A DNA stretch of 40,581 bases from a virus (taxonomy: Duplodnaviria; Caudoviricetes): positions 1 through 40,581 of IMG/VR virus record IMGVR_UViG_3300017747_002572, one strand, 5' to 3'. This document shows positions 1 through 10,151 of this stretch, in pieces. The first letter of the stretch is position 1; each line of letters opens with the position of its first letter. Below the pieces are notes generated by a model that did no database searches, was not told where the DNA came from, and saw only the letters and a program-made list of their open reading frames with translations. The position numbers were made by a program, and so were the translations under genes.

Positions 1-123
1 GCAATCCGACCATCGGCTCCCTGACCGACGCCACGATCATCTCGGGCTCGGGCCGCTTCCGGGCCCGATACACGGGCGGCGTCACCTGGATCGTGTACCG
101 TCTGTCCTAGGCAATGGCCCTGA
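1..123. repeat. Terminal direct repeat, copy 1 (identical to 40459-40581); circular assembly overlap
   Basis: gcaatccgaccatcggc...ggcaatggccctga occurs at both ends; it holds the 3' end of the 39054-40568 gene (TAG at 108-110) and the start of the 114 gene. Confidence 0.97.
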
Positions 124-716
124 TAGACGGCCTTCTGGCGAGGGGACTTAGTCACCCCCTCGCCATGCTGCTAACCAGCACCTTCGGCCCTCCCGTGCCT
201 GTAGCATCGGGGGGAACCGGGGCCACTACGGCACAGGGCGCAACCCAGAACCTCGGAACGTGGTATGTTCTGGCGGCAAGCGGGGCGCAGGTGTCGAACA
301 CTGGCAACACGGCAGAGACGACGCTCGCCACGGTTACCGTCCCGGCCAACAGCCTTGGACCAAACGGTGCGCTTCGTGTCTATGCGATCTGGACCAACAA
401 CAACTCCGGGAACAACAAGACGTTCCGTCTCCGCTTCTCGGGCGCGGCGGGCACCCAGTTCCGGTCTAGGACGATGACGACGAACCTCACGACCCCCGAG
501 TATGTCCTGATCCAGAACCGCAACGCCACCAACTCTCAGGTGGGCGGGGACGTGACGGGCGCGGCGGCAGGCTGGGCATCGGGCACAGGGCCCGTCATTA
601 CAGCGGCGGTCGATACCACGGCATCGTCAACGGTGGTCCTTACTGGCCAACTGGCCAACAGCGGCGATACGATCCGGCTTGAGCAATACGTTGTCGAGGT
701 GATGTACCGCGCATGA
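114..716 (+). CDS. Virion structural protein (beta-rich, fibre-like GGTGATTA motif)
   Basis: 200 aa, Thr/Gly/Asn-rich; [20 protein letters not shown] motif typical of phage fibres; lies in the structural operon; ATGA overlap with next gene. Confidence 0.6.
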   Translation: MALIDGLLARGLSHPLAMLLTSTFGPPVPVASGGTGATTAQGATQNLGTWYVLAASGAQVSNTGNTAETTLATVTVPANSLGPNGALRVYAIWTNNNSGNNKTFRLRFSGAAGTQFRSRTMTTNLTTPEYVLIQNRNATNSQVGGDVTGAAAGWASGTGPVITAAVDTTASSTVVLTGQLANSGDTIRLEQYVVEVMYRA

Positions 717-1684
717 GCACCGCCCTCGAAATCGCCAACGCCGTTGTCGCTGAACTCGGCCTTCCCGATGTTACGACGGTCTATGGCCCGACCGCCAACG
801 CCACCGGCCGCCAGCTTGGCGCGCTGCTGAACCGCGTCTGCAAGGAACTCAACGCCGAGTATGACTGGACCCGCACCATGCGGGAGCAGACCTTTTACCT
901 CGAAGCCCCCTTTACGCTGACGGGAGACGTGACCGAGGGCAGCAAGATCATTACCGGCCTGTCGAGCACGGCGGCGCTTTCCAACGCCTTCGCGCTCCAG
1001 AACGAGGACAGCACCTCGGAGTCCAACTTCCTCCAGTCCACGCGCGTTGATGAGGTGCTCTCGAGCACGTCGGTCCAGATGAACCAGGCGGCGGTGGCGA
1101 CCGGGACTGCCGTCGATATTCAGTTCGTCAGGGACACGTACACCCTCGATAGCTCATTCGCCCGCTACATCTCGGATACGTGGTGGGACCGCACAAACAA
1201 CTGGAGGCTCATCGGCCCGATCACGCCGCAGGTGAGCGAGTATCTCCGCTCGGGCATCGTCCAGACCGGCCCTCGCCGCAGGTGGCGGCAGGTTGGCCCC
1301 GGACCCTCGACGTGGCAGATTTGGCCTTCGCCGTTCTCCGCTGGCGATACCCCCGCAATTCTCGCCTTCGAGTACATCACGCTGGCCATCGCCACCGACC
1401 TGAGCGGCGACCCGGTCGATACGATGACGGCCGACACGGACACGCCTTCGTTCCCGGACCTTGTGACGACGCTGGGACTGAAAGCCTACTTCTGGCAGGT
1501 GAAGGGCTTCGACTGGATGCCCTTCTGGAAGATGTACGTCGAGGCGGCGCGCCGGGCCATGTCGCAGGATGGCGGCAAGGCTACCGTCCTCATCGGCTCG
1601 ACCCGCTTCCGCGACGACCTCATCAGCATCGCCAATGTTCAGGACGGCAACTTCCCTGGCGCTGGCCTAAACGGGTGGTCGTAG
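713..1684 (+). CDS. Head-tail adaptor (tail tubular protein A / gp4-like)
   Basis: 323 aa; N-terminal ALEIANAVVAELGLP helix, WQIWPSP and EYIT motifs typical of podovirus adaptors; directly upstream of the nozzle gene. Confidence 0.65.
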   Translation: MSTALEIANAVVAELGLPDVTTVYGPTANATGRQLGALLNRVCKELNAEYDWTRTMREQTFYLEAPFTLTGDVTEGSKIITGLSSTAALSNAFALQNEDSTSESNFLQSTRVDEVLSSTSVQMNQAAVATGTAVDIQFVRDTYTLDSSFARYISDTWWDRTNNWRLIGPITPQVSEYLRSGIVQTGPRRRWRQVGPGPSTWQIWPSPFSAGDTPAILAFEYITLAIATDLSGDPVDTMTADTDTPSFPDLVTTLGLKAYFWQVKGFDWMPFWKMYVEAARRAMSQDGGKATVLIGSTRFRDDLISIANVQDGNFPGAGLNGWS

Positions 1685-1685
1685 C

Positions 1686-3695
1686 GTGCTCCTTTCGCTC
1701 CGCCAGAACGCCAGCCCCCGTCAACTGACCGTAGGCGTTAGCGCGGTGGCGGTGCCAACGGCCGGCTGGGATGCCATGTCCCCGCTGGCCAACATGGCCC
1801 CGGACAACGCCGTCACCCTCGAAAACTGGTTCCCGCAGCCGGGATGGATCGAACTCCGTCGCGGCTTCTCCCTGCATTCGTCCGTTGATGGCCCCGCCGT
1901 AACGAACGCGGTGGAGACGCTGATGACGTGGCAGGGGCCGGCGTCGGCGGACGTAGCCATGTTCGCCGGCATGGATGTCAGCCTGTGGGATGTGACGGAC
2001 GAGGCGCAGGGCGTTGAAGTAGCGACGGTCGGCCCGTTTACCAACGTCCGCTTCCAGTACACCAACTTCACCACCACAGGGGGCAACTTCCTTTGGGCCT
2101 GCAATGGTGCAGAGGACCCCGTGTATTACGACGGGACGGTCTGGGCAGATGCCACGATAACCGGCGTCACCCCCGGCGACATCGCAGACGTTTGCGCCCA
2201 TCGCTCCCGGCTCTGGCTGGCCTTGAAGGACAGCCTGACGGCGGCATACCTCCCGCTCGATAGCATCCAGGGCGCGGCAGTAGAGTTCGAGCTGGGCGGC
2301 TTGTTCGACCAGGGCGGCTACCTGCAGTCCATCGGCACGTGGTCGCAGGACGGCGGCAGCGGCCCCAATGACTACCTCGTCTTCGTCACATCGCGCGGCC
2401 AGGTGGCGGTCTACTCGATGGTCGATCCGACCGACCCGGACGGCTTCTTCCTCGTCGGCGTCTATTCCATCGGGACGCCGCTCGGTCGCCGCTGCCTTGA
2501 GATGATCGGCCCCGACCTCGCCGTTATCACGAACGATGGCGTCCAGAGCCTCGGACAGGTCATCAGCCTCGACAGGGCGGCGCAGGAGCGGGGGACCATC
2601 ACGGCCCGCATCCAGCCCGCTATCAACCAGGCGGCCCGCATCACAGCGTCTTCGTTCGGCTGGCAGTTCATCTCCTATCCCAAGGGCACGTTCGCCCTGC
2701 TGAACGTGCCCATTGGTGGCGGGCTGTTCCAGCAGTACGTGATGAACACCCTGACCGGCGCATGGTGCCGCTTCACGGGCCAGAACGCCTATTGTTGGGC
2801 GCTCAAGGGGAACAACCTGTATTTCGGCGGGGACGGCCTTGTCCTCCATGCTGACAGCGCAGGCGGCGACTTCGGCGGCGTTGAGTTCGTCGCCACCCTC
2901 CGCACGGCCTTCAGCTACTACGGCAACCGGGGCCGGAAGAAGCGGTGGCCGATGGTCCAGCCGATCATCGACACGAACGCTGTCGTCATCCCGTCAATCG
3001 GCATGGACGTCGATTTCCGCCTGCAGCAGCAGGAGACAGACCCGCTTCCCATCGAGCCGGTATCCGGGGCGCTCTGGGGCACGGCAGTCTGGGGAACCGA
3101 CCTCTGGGGCGGAACGTCGGTCGTGTTCGACGATTGGGTGTCAGTCGAGGCAATCGGCTACGCCGCCGCGGTTCATCTCCTCGTGGCCGTCAATGGCCAG
3201 CCGCTTGGGCAGGAACTCGTCACCAACGGCGACTTCTCAGCGTGGACGGGCGGCGATCCTGACACATGGACGGAGACGGGCGAGGCCGGCGGCAACTCCA
3301 TCACGGATGACACGCCTGGCGCTTTGTTCGTCTCGGCTGACGGGGCGCTCCTGAGCCTTGAGCAGACCGTGGCCACCATGACGGCAGGGACGCAGTACTA
3401 CATCTCGGTCACGTGCTCATCGGTCGTGACGGGCGGCTTTGCCTTTGGTACGAAGGCGGACGTTGGCAGTACGATCACCACGGCGGGAACGCATACCCGG
3501 ACGGTGCTGGCTACGGCCGGCGATGGCCTCAAGGTCTATGTCCGCAATGCCACGTCCACCATCTCGACCTTCACGATCACCGATGTCTCGGTGAAGGAGC
3601 TGTTCAACGATGTGGACAACCCGACAAATGACACGACGATCACGCTCAAGCTGAATGCCCTGAACGTCACCCATGAAACGGGGCAGGTCATATGA
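1686..3695 (+). CDS. Tail nozzle / packaged-DNA stabilisation protein (P22 gp10 / tubular B-like) with inserted carbohydrate-binding-like domain
   Basis: 669 aa, GTG start; beta-propeller-like composition (LENWFP..RRG, HRSRLW, GAWCRFTG); position between adaptor and GNAT/ejection genes. Confidence 0.7.
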   Translation: MLLSLRQNASPRQLTVGVSAVAVPTAGWDAMSPLANMAPDNAVTLENWFPQPGWIELRRGFSLHSSVDGPAVTNAVETLMTWQGPASADVAMFAGMDVSLWDVTDEAQGVEVATVGPFTNVRFQYTNFTTTGGNFLWACNGAEDPVYYDGTVWADATITGVTPGDIADVCAHRSRLWLALKDSLTAAYLPLDSIQGAAVEFELGGLFDQGGYLQSIGTWSQDGGSGPNDYLVFVTSRGQVAVYSMVDPTDPDGFFLVGVYSIGTPLGRRCLEMIGPDLAVITNDGVQSLGQVISLDRAAQERGTITARIQPAINQAARITASSFGWQFISYPKGTFALLNVPIGGGLFQQYVMNTLTGAWCRFTGQNAYCWALKGNNLYFGGDGLVLHADSAGGDFGGVEFVATLRTAFSYYGNRGRKKRWPMVQPIIDTNAVVIPSIGMDVDFRLQQQETDPLPIEPVSGALWGTAVWGTDLWGGTSVVFDDWVSVEAIGYAAAVHLLVAVNGQPLGQELVTNGDFSAWTGGDPDTWTETGEAGGNSITDDTPGALFVSADGALLSLEQTVATMTAGTQYYISVTCSSVVTGGFAFGTKADVGSTITTAGTHTRTVLATAGDGLKVYVRNATSTISTFTITDVSVKELFNDVDNPTNDTTITLKLNALNVTHETGQVI

Positions 3696-4117
3696 GGATG
3701 GTCGTCGGCTCGGATGACACGGTCGCAGCCTATATCGCTGGCGCCACAGGCGACCAGATGCACCAGGCATTCCGCACTATCGGGGTTTACGACAATGCCG
3801 GATTGATCGGCGGCTATGCCGTTGACCACTGGACCGGCTTCGGAGCGGAAGTATCAGGGGCCGGGCGCGGTATCATGCTTCGCGCCGTAAGGCAGGCGCT
3901 CGGGGATTTGGTTTACGGCTATCTAGGCTGTCGACGCATGGGCATCACGGTTCGGAAGTCGAACAAGACGATGCGCCGGCTCGCCCCGCGGTTGGGCTTT
4001 GTTTATGAGGGAACGCTGCGCCGCTACTATGGTTCCGAGGACGGCTTGGTGTATAGTCTTTTGGCCGAAGAGGCCGTGAAACTTGGGCATTGGCAACCGC
4101 TGAAGAGGGCTGCATGA
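3692..4117 (+). CDS. GNAT-family acetyltransferase-like protein
   Basis: 141 aa; V..SN....RL...LGFVYEG.LR motif of RimJ/RimL-type GNATs; usual podovirus position after the nozzle. Confidence 0.75.
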   Translation: MRMVVGSDDTVAAYIAGATGDQMHQAFRTIGVYDNAGLIGGYAVDHWTGFGAEVSGAGRGIMLRAVRQALGDLVYGYLGCRRMGITVRKSNKTMRRLAPRLGFVYEGTLRRYYGSEDGLVYSLLAEEAVKLGHWQPLKRAA

Positions 4118-4326
4118 CCGCTCCGTTTCGTCAGGACCCGCGTTACTGGCGCGACCGTGTGATCTCTGCCGTTCAGCCGATAACCCGTGACATCCTCACC
4201 AGCCGCGCGACGCGCTGGGAGCGCATAAACCGCATCAAGTCCGCGCTCGCTGCCATGAAGACCGCAGAGGAGGCGCGCGGCGTCTTCCTGCTGTCCGACG
4301 GCACTATCGTGCGCGAGGAGGCATAG
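4114..4326 (+). CDS. Hypothetical protein (70 aa)
   Basis: ATG at 4114 overlaps the upstream stop (ATGA); fills the gap in the operon. Confidence 0.55.
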   Translation: MTAPFRQDPRYWRDRVISAVQPITRDILTSRATRWERINRIKSALAAMKTAEEARGVFLLSDGTIVREEA

Positions 4327-4328
4327 CC

Positions 4329-5405
4329 ATGGGTCCGAAGCCGCCCGATCCGGCGAAAACCGCCGCTGCCCAGACGCAGATGAACCAGCAGACGGCGCAG
4401 ACCCAGTATCAACTGGGCGCGACGAATCAGGTCACGCCCGGCGGCTCCCTGTCCTATGAGCAGACCGGCACCTGGCCAGACGGCAGTCCCAAGTACACCG
4501 CTACCCAGTCACTCTCCGCTGCCAATCAGGGCCTCTACGACAGCCTCATCGGCGCGGCAGGAACAGCGGCAGGGAACATCAGCAACCCGATTGCCACGCC
4601 GCAGCTCCAGACCTCGCTCGACACCTCTAGCCTTTCTGCCCTCCCGACCACTAACGACTACAGCGCCGACCGGGGCCGTGTAGAGGATGCGATCTACGCC
4701 CGCCTCAACCCGCAGCTTGCGGCGGGGCGGACCTCTCGCGAGACGGACCTGTTCAACCGCGGCGTTCGTCCGGGAACGGAAGCCTACGACCGCGCCATGG
4801 GCCTCGTCGGCCAGCAGGAGAATGACGCCCGCCTGCAGACGATCCTTGCCGGTGGGCAGGAGCAGTCCCGCATGTTTGGGGACGCGCTCGCTGGGCGCCA
4901 GCAGGGATACAACGAGCTGCTTGCGGGCGGTCAGTTCGGCAACGACGCCAAGACGGGCATGTTCGGCATGGACCTTGCGGCGCGCTCGCAGCCTATCAAC
5001 GAGATATCCAGCCTCATGTCTGGCTCTCAGGTCAACCAGCCGAACTACATCCCGACGCCGCAGCCGGGTGTGGCGGGCGTGGACTACGCCGGCCTTGTTC
5101 AGAACCAGTACGAACAGCAGCAGCAGCGCCGGCAGAACATCATGTCTGGCCTTTTTGGCCTCGGCGGCTCGCTGTTCGGCGCGGCAGGGCAGGCGGGCGG
5201 CTTCGGCGCTCTGTTCTCGGATGAGAGGTTGAAGGAGAACGTCCGCCGCGTTGGCCAGACCGACAGCGGCATTCCGATCTATACCTACAACTACGTGTGG
5301 GGCGGCCCGACCATGATGGGTGTCATGGCGCAGGATGCGCCGTCCGATGCGGTCGGCGTCCATGAGAGCGGCTTCTATACGGTTGATTACGGAAAGGTCC
5401 GCTGA
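4329..5405 (+). CDS. DNA ejection (internal virion) protein with C-terminal S74-like intramolecular chaperone domain
   Basis: GPKPPDP..TAAAQ...N...NQVTP.GSL N-terminus; Gln/Gly/Ala-rich; C-terminal SDERLKENV...IY.Y.Y...GVMAQD...VDY motif; GAGGAGG RBS. Confidence 0.75.
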   Translation: MGPKPPDPAKTAAAQTQMNQQTAQTQYQLGATNQVTPGGSLSYEQTGTWPDGSPKYTATQSLSAANQGLYDSLIGAAGTAAGNISNPIATPQLQTSLDTSSLSALPTTNDYSADRGRVEDAIYARLNPQLAAGRTSRETDLFNRGVRPGTEAYDRAMGLVGQQENDARLQTILAGGQEQSRMFGDALAGRQQGYNELLAGGQFGNDAKTGMFGMDLAARSQPINEISSLMSGSQVNQPNYIPTPQPGVAGVDYAGLVQNQYEQQQQRRQNIMSGLFGLGGSLFGAAGQAGGFGALFSDERLKENVRRVGQTDSGIPIYTYNYVWGGPTMMGVMAQDAPSDAVGVHESGFYTVDYGKVR

Positions 5406-7384
5406 TGGCGCTCGGTGACGGCTCCATGGCGGGCCACCTTCGCTCCTACCTTCTCTCCCCGACCTTCGCGAACGTCGAGGGGATGACGCCGCAGGACGTG
5501 GACCGCCGCCGCGCGCTCTCGGAGGCGCTGCTTTCCAGCGGCACATCCAACGAACCAGTAACGTCCGTGTTCGGCGGCATCAACAAGATGCTGCAGGCGT
5601 ACCTTGGCGGCAAGGGCATCTGGCGAGCCGAGAACACCGACATTGCCATCAGGGACCGTGAGGAGGCAGAAGCCGCCGCCGAGCGCGCCCGTCTTGAGCA
5701 GCAGCAACTCGCTGGCCTAAACACGATGATTAACTTTGGATGGCCTGAGCAGACTGGAACGGCGAGCGGGCCTGTAATGACGCCCGGAACGCCCGGATTT
5801 GACGGCGGGACTGCCATGCGGGCGGCTCGGGCCACGGCCGACGCGCCCCCGCCCCCCTCTGGGCAGCAGCAGGTTCCTGCATCGCAGCAGGAGTTCATCG
5901 ACATGATGATGCCATACGCGATGGAGGCTTCCCAGCGTACCGGCATCGACCCGCGCATCATCATTGCCCAGTCGGCGCAGGAGACAGGCTGGGGCCAGCA
6001 CGCCCCTGGCAACAACTACTTTGGCATCAAGAGCCACGGGCAGGCCGGTGGTAACTCGCTCTCGACCACGGAGTACGTCAACGGCGCTCCGGTCACCATC
6101 AACGACAGCTTCCGTGCCTACGGTTCGCCCGCTGAGAGCGTCGCCGGTTATGCCGACTTCATGCTTCAAAACGGACGGTATGAGCCGATGCGGACGGCGC
6201 AGGGTCTCGACGCCCAGTTAGCTGCCCTTGCGCAGTCTGGCTACGCTACCGATCCCGGCTATGCTAACTCGGTTGGCCAGATCGCGCGCGGGATCAATGT
6301 CCCTCAGTCTCCATCGGCAGAGACGCCCGCCGCGGACCCGACGCGCGCGTTTGTCGAGGCGCTTGTCGCCAACCCGGCAACCCGTGACGACGCCATACCG
6401 ATCATCATGGCTCAGATCACCCGCCTTACCACGCCGGTCGCTCCTGCTGATCCTATCACCGTGGCTCAGAACACGGACGTTATCACGCCAGACGGACGGC
6501 TGATCTACTCTAACCGGCCTGAACCCGAACCCGCCTCGCCGGGGTTCCGCCTCGCTACCCCACAGGAGCGTGAGGCCGCCGGTTATGGGCCGAACGACCC
6601 TCCGCTGCAAGTCGGCCCCGACAATCGAATGTACGAACTCGGCGGCGGCCAGACTATCAATGTCGGCGGTCAGGAGGGCGCGATGGATGCCGCTCTTGGT
6701 CGCGTACTTGGTACGGATGTATTTGGCGCGATGATTACCGAGGGCGCTCAGGCGCAGCAGGATTATGCCCTCATTGATCGTCTCGGAACGCTCCTCGGCC
6801 AGACTGGCGGCGGCGTTCTCCCGGCTCTTTCGCAGGTCGCCGGTAATTTCGGCATCGATCTTGCGGGGATCACGGACGAGACGCAGGCGGCGCAGGCCAT
6901 CATCAGCTACCTGACCCCGCGCCAGCGTGTGCCAGGGGCGGGCGCAACCTCGGACTTCGACGCCCGCATGTTCGCCGCATCTCTCCCGCGCCTCATCAAC
7001 CAGCCGGGCGCGAATGAGATCATCCTGAACACCATGCGCGGCATGGCCCAGCACAAGATGGCTCTCGGGGATATCGCCATGCGCGTTGCCCTCCCGGAAG
7101 GCGACCCGCAGCGGCTTACGACCGCACAGGCATTCGAGGCTATGCGGGCGCTTCCCGACCCGTTCGCGGCGTTCAAGGCGTCGGGTCTGGCAGAGCCTAT
7201 CGCCCCCGCCGCTGCCCCCGCCACGGGTGCGGCGCTGCCCGGCACCGGAACCACGATGGAGCAGCGCCTTACCCCCCAGACGGCTCCAGCCGCTATACCG
7301 CCCCCGCCTGCCGGTATCGACCCCGCCGAATGGCCGGCGCTTTGGCAGAACATGACCCCCGCTGACCGGGCGCTGTTCCAATGA
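5405..7384 (+). CDS. Ejection protein with GH73 (FlgJ-like glucosaminidase/muramidase) domain
   Basis: IIAQSAQETGWG, NNYFGIK, FRAYGS..ES and GYATDPGY motifs at about 5885-6295; TGATG overlap with upstream gene. Confidence 0.85.
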   Translation: MALGDGSMAGHLRSYLLSPTFANVEGMTPQDVDRRRALSEALLSSGTSNEPVTSVFGGINKMLQAYLGGKGIWRAENTDIAIRDREEAEAAAERARLEQQQLAGLNTMINFGWPEQTGTASGPVMTPGTPGFDGGTAMRAARATADAPPPPSGQQQVPASQQEFIDMMMPYAMEASQRTGIDPRIIIAQSAQETGWGQHAPGNNYFGIKSHGQAGGNSLSTTEYVNGAPVTINDSFRAYGSPAESVAGYADFMLQNGRYEPMRTAQGLDAQLAALAQSGYATDPGYANSVGQIARGINVPQSPSAETPAADPTRAFVEALVANPATRDDAIPIIMAQITRLTTPVAPADPITVAQNTDVITPDGRLIYSNRPEPEPASPGFRLATPQEREAAGYGPNDPPLQVGPDNRMYELGGGQTINVGGQEGAMDAALGRVLGTDVFGAMITEGAQAQQDYALIDRLGTLLGQTGGGVLPALSQVAGNFGIDLAGITDETQAAQAIISYLTPRQRVPGAGATSDFDARMFAASLPRLINQPGANEIILNTMRGMAQHKMALGDIAMRVALPEGDPQRLTTAQAFEAMRALPDPFAAFKASGLAEPIAPAAAPATGAALPGTGTTMEQRLTPQTAPAAIPPPPAGIDPAEWPALWQNMTPADRALFQ

Positions 7385-9063
7385 CGCCGGAAGAACTCGC
7401 CCGCGCCAGGGCCATCGCGATTGCGCGCGCGCGCATGGCAACAACCGCGCAGCCGGCTGGTGATCTCGCAACGCTGTTCGGTCCCGCGCCGACGCGCGAG
7501 CAGATGCTTGAGGCCCTGCCGGACTACAACGTCACGCCGGCACAGTTGAGCCCGAACCGGGGCCTCCCTTCGGACTTCACGCCATACACGCAGAACGACC
7601 CAGGCACTCACTTCCTTCCCGGCGATCCGCGCGATCCCACGCCTTCGCTCGTCCGTGACCCGCAGTTGAACCGAGGACAGGGTAACGCGCTCATCAACAG
7701 CGCGACGCTCAACTTCGGGGATGAACTCGCTGGCCTCATTGGCGGCATCGGCGGGGCATTCGACCCGAACCGGACGTTTGGCGAAGGCTACAACCAGAGC
7801 CGCGACGCCTTCAACGCCGATCTCGCCTACGCCCAGCAGCAAGACCCGAATGGCGTGTTCTTTGGGACCCTGATGGGCGGACTGGCCGCGCCTGCGGCAC
7901 TCGCTGGCCGAGGCATCAGCTTCCTCAACGGCGCGCGTCCCACGGTCGGTTCCATTATGAGCCGGACGGCTGCGGAGGGCACTGCATACGGCGCGCTGGC
8001 CGGGGCTGGCGGCGGCGACACGATGGAAGAGCGTCTGAGGGGTGCCGGTATTGGAGCCGTAGCTGGCGGCGCAACTGGCGCGGCCGCGGGTGGCCTCGTC
8101 GGGCGTAGCGTTGTCCGGTCGGTTGATAACGCGATCCCCACCGCAGCGCAGAGCGGAGCGGCTGCAAACGCCGCCTACAGCGCAGGACGAGATGCGCGCG
8201 TCTACCTCAACCCCAACATAGCCGACAGCATCGAGCAGAGCGTTATTGCGACGGCGCAGCGGAACCCCCTTAGCGAGTTCCTATCGCCAGCCGCCTACGG
8301 TTATGTTCGGGAACTGACCGACAAAGGCCGGATTGGATCGTCACTAAGTGACCTTGAGGCGTTCCGTCAGGAACTCCGCCGCATTGCCGAGTCGCCCAAC
8401 CAAAGCGACCGGCGCATCGCGTTGGATATGATCCGGGAGTTCGACAATCAGTTGAACGCCCTCCCTGACAGCGCGTTTGTTTCGGCAACGGGCATGACCC
8501 CTACTGAAGCCCGCGCCGCGTTCCAGCAGGGCAGGGAGCAGTGGGGGATCAGGTCTCGCGCTGAGGCTATAGAGCGCGCCCAGTACGTTGCAGCCAACGC
8601 TCCGAATGCGTCGGTTGACCCTGCGGCGCGTCAGCGGGCGCTCACTACCCAGTTTCGTCAGATCGCGAACGATCCTGACTTTACCAAACTGTGGAGCCCG
8701 GAAGAGCAGGCTGCCATCCTTCAGGTGGTCCGGGGCGGAAACGCCGACAACCTGCTCCGGGGCCTCGCCAACTTCGTCTCCCCGCTCCGGCTGACGCCCG
8801 GAACGCTCGGGGTAGGCGGCGCGCTTGCGGGCGGTGGTGTGGCGGCATTCGGCCCTGCCGGTGCGGCGGCGGCGCTCATCCCGCCAGCGGTCGGGGCGCT
8901 GGCCCGCGGTGGCGCTCGCTCCATCGGCAATACCAACGCCAAGTTGGCCGAGCTTCTGATACGCAACAACATGCAACCGATCGAGGCGCTTGGTCCGGGG
9001 CAGCGCGCGGCTCTCGCGGCTATGCTCAGCGGCACCGCCCAGAACGCATGGAGCCAGCAGTAA
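7381..9063 (+). CDS. DNA ejection (internal virion) protein
   Basis: 560 aa, Ala/Gly-rich helical; ATLNFGDELAG motif and Gly-rich hydrophobic stretches typical of P22-like ejection proteins. Confidence 0.65.
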   Translation: MTPEELARARAIAIARARMATTAQPAGDLATLFGPAPTREQMLEALPDYNVTPAQLSPNRGLPSDFTPYTQNDPGTHFLPGDPRDPTPSLVRDPQLNRGQGNALINSATLNFGDELAGLIGGIGGAFDPNRTFGEGYNQSRDAFNADLAYAQQQDPNGVFFGTLMGGLAAPAALAGRGISFLNGARPTVGSIMSRTAAEGTAYGALAGAGGGDTMEERLRGAGIGAVAGGATGAAAGGLVGRSVVRSVDNAIPTAAQSGAAANAAYSAGRDARVYLNPNIADSIEQSVIATAQRNPLSEFLSPAAYGYVRELTDKGRIGSSLSDLEAFRQELRRIAESPNQSDRRIALDMIREFDNQLNALPDSAFVSATGMTPTEARAAFQQGREQWGIRSRAEAIERAQYVAANAPNASVDPAARQRALTTQFRQIANDPDFTKLWSPEEQAAILQVVRGGNADNLLRGLANFVSPLRLTPGTLGVGGALAGGGVAAFGPAGAAAALIPPAVGALARGGARSIGNTNAKLAELLIRNNMQPIEALGPGQRAALAAMLSGTAQNAWSQQ

Positions 9064-10151
9064 TGCCCGGTTACGTCATCCAGCCGCGCGACACTCTCTC
9101 GGAGATCGCCCAGCGGGTTCTTGGGTCGGCTAGCCGCTGGCGTGAGATCGCAGCACTAAACGGCATCGCGCCGGGTCGGGAGACCAGCATCCAACCGGGT
9201 CAGGTTCTCCAGATGCCGGGCGCGACTGGAGCAGGGGCGGCGTCTCCACCGCCCACGACCGCCCCTGCTCCTACTACCGGCCCTCTCCCGACCACAGGAG
9301 CCGTGCCCCGTCCCCGTCCGCAGCAGGTGGCGGCAATGGATCCGATGGCGGCCCCGCTGCCACAGCCGAACCCTTCCCGGCCGGTTCCTGCTGCACCGCC
9401 ATTGCCGCAGCCGAACCCTATGCGCGGCCCGCCTCCCCTTCCGCCGCAGAACCCGACCCGCCCGAACGTTCCCGGCCCGCCGTTTGAGCGCGGGTCTCAA
9501 ATGGTTGTTGGGCGCGATCCTCCCGGCTACGTCCCCGGGGGTGGCTGGCGTCCCGTTCCCGGCGGCCCTGCCGACGTTCCCTCCCCCATCACGCCGCAGA
9601 TGGAAGCCTACGCCGCCAACCCCGGCCCGCGTTCCGGCATCACGTCGATGGGGACGCGGGGCCTTCCCGACCTCCGCGCCATGTCCATGCCCGAGTTTAC
9701 CCAACTCCGGGACGAACTGGCGCGCGTTCCCAGCCGCAACCAGACGCCGGGCATGCTCGAGGCTGTCGAGGCCGAATCCCGCCGCCGCGTCGAGCAGCTA
9801 CAGGCGGAACTCGGTCGGATCGACCAGTCGCGGAGCATGCAACTCGACCGCGCCGATGCATGGCAGAGGTCGGGACAGACGATCCGCCAGAACCCGCCAC
9901 AGCCCTACAATCCGTCGATAGGCGAAGGCGAGTACCTCCCGCAGGAGCAGCGCCTCCTGATGCAGCTCCAGGGCAACCAGAACGCTAACCCGCAGGCGGT
10001 CACGAGCCCACAGACGCCGTTCCGCGGCGGATTCCAGACAACCCCGCAGCTAGACCCCGTTACGGCGCTCATCGAGGCGCTGCGCTCTGGCGGTCAAGGC
10101 GGACAGGCGAACAATCCCATGCTCATGCGTCTCCTACAGGGTAACGGCTGA
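9063..10151 (+). CDS. LysM-domain, proline-rich virion/ejection-associated protein
   Basis: True start is ATG 9063 (TAATG overlap); [13 protein letters not shown]...W.EIAALN.I....IQPGQVL.MP is a LysM motif; followed by PPLPQPNP repeats. Confidence 0.8.
   Translation: MPGYVIQPRDTLSEIAQRVLGSASRWREIAALNGIAPGRETSIQPGQVLQMPGATGAGAASPPPTTAPAPTTGPLPTTGAVPRPRPQQVAAMDPMAAPLPQPNPSRPVPAAPPLPQPNPMRGPPPLPPQNPTRPNVPGPPFERGSQMVVGRDPPGYVPGGGWRPVPGGPADVPSPITPQMEAYAANPGPRSGITSMGTRGLPDLRAMSMPEFTQLRDELARVPSRNQTPGMLEAVEAESRRRVEQLQAELGRIDQSRSMQLDRADAWQRSGQTIRQNPPQPYNPSIGEGEYLPQEQRLLMQLQGNQNANPQAVTSPQTPFRGGFQTTPQLDPVTALIEALRSGGQGGQANNPMLMRLLQGNG

Noticed and set aside
1-123. 123-bp terminal repeat as a biological direct terminal repeat
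   Set aside because: It cuts through coding sequence of two structural genes and is an exact duplicate, as expected for a circular assembly overlap; real termini need read data
1623-2849. Long antisense ORFs (also 4509-5546, 6218-7471, 33423-34424, 36861-37928, 39066-40316)
   Set aside because: Shadow ORFs opposite well-supported genes; GC-rich codon bias suppresses antisense stops, and they have no motifs or RBS
8691-9062. N-terminal extension of the LysM ORF and similar upstream extensions (21299 for cro, 37811 for cement)
   Set aside because: They overlap other genes; downstream ATGs with coupling or RBS fit the domain boundaries
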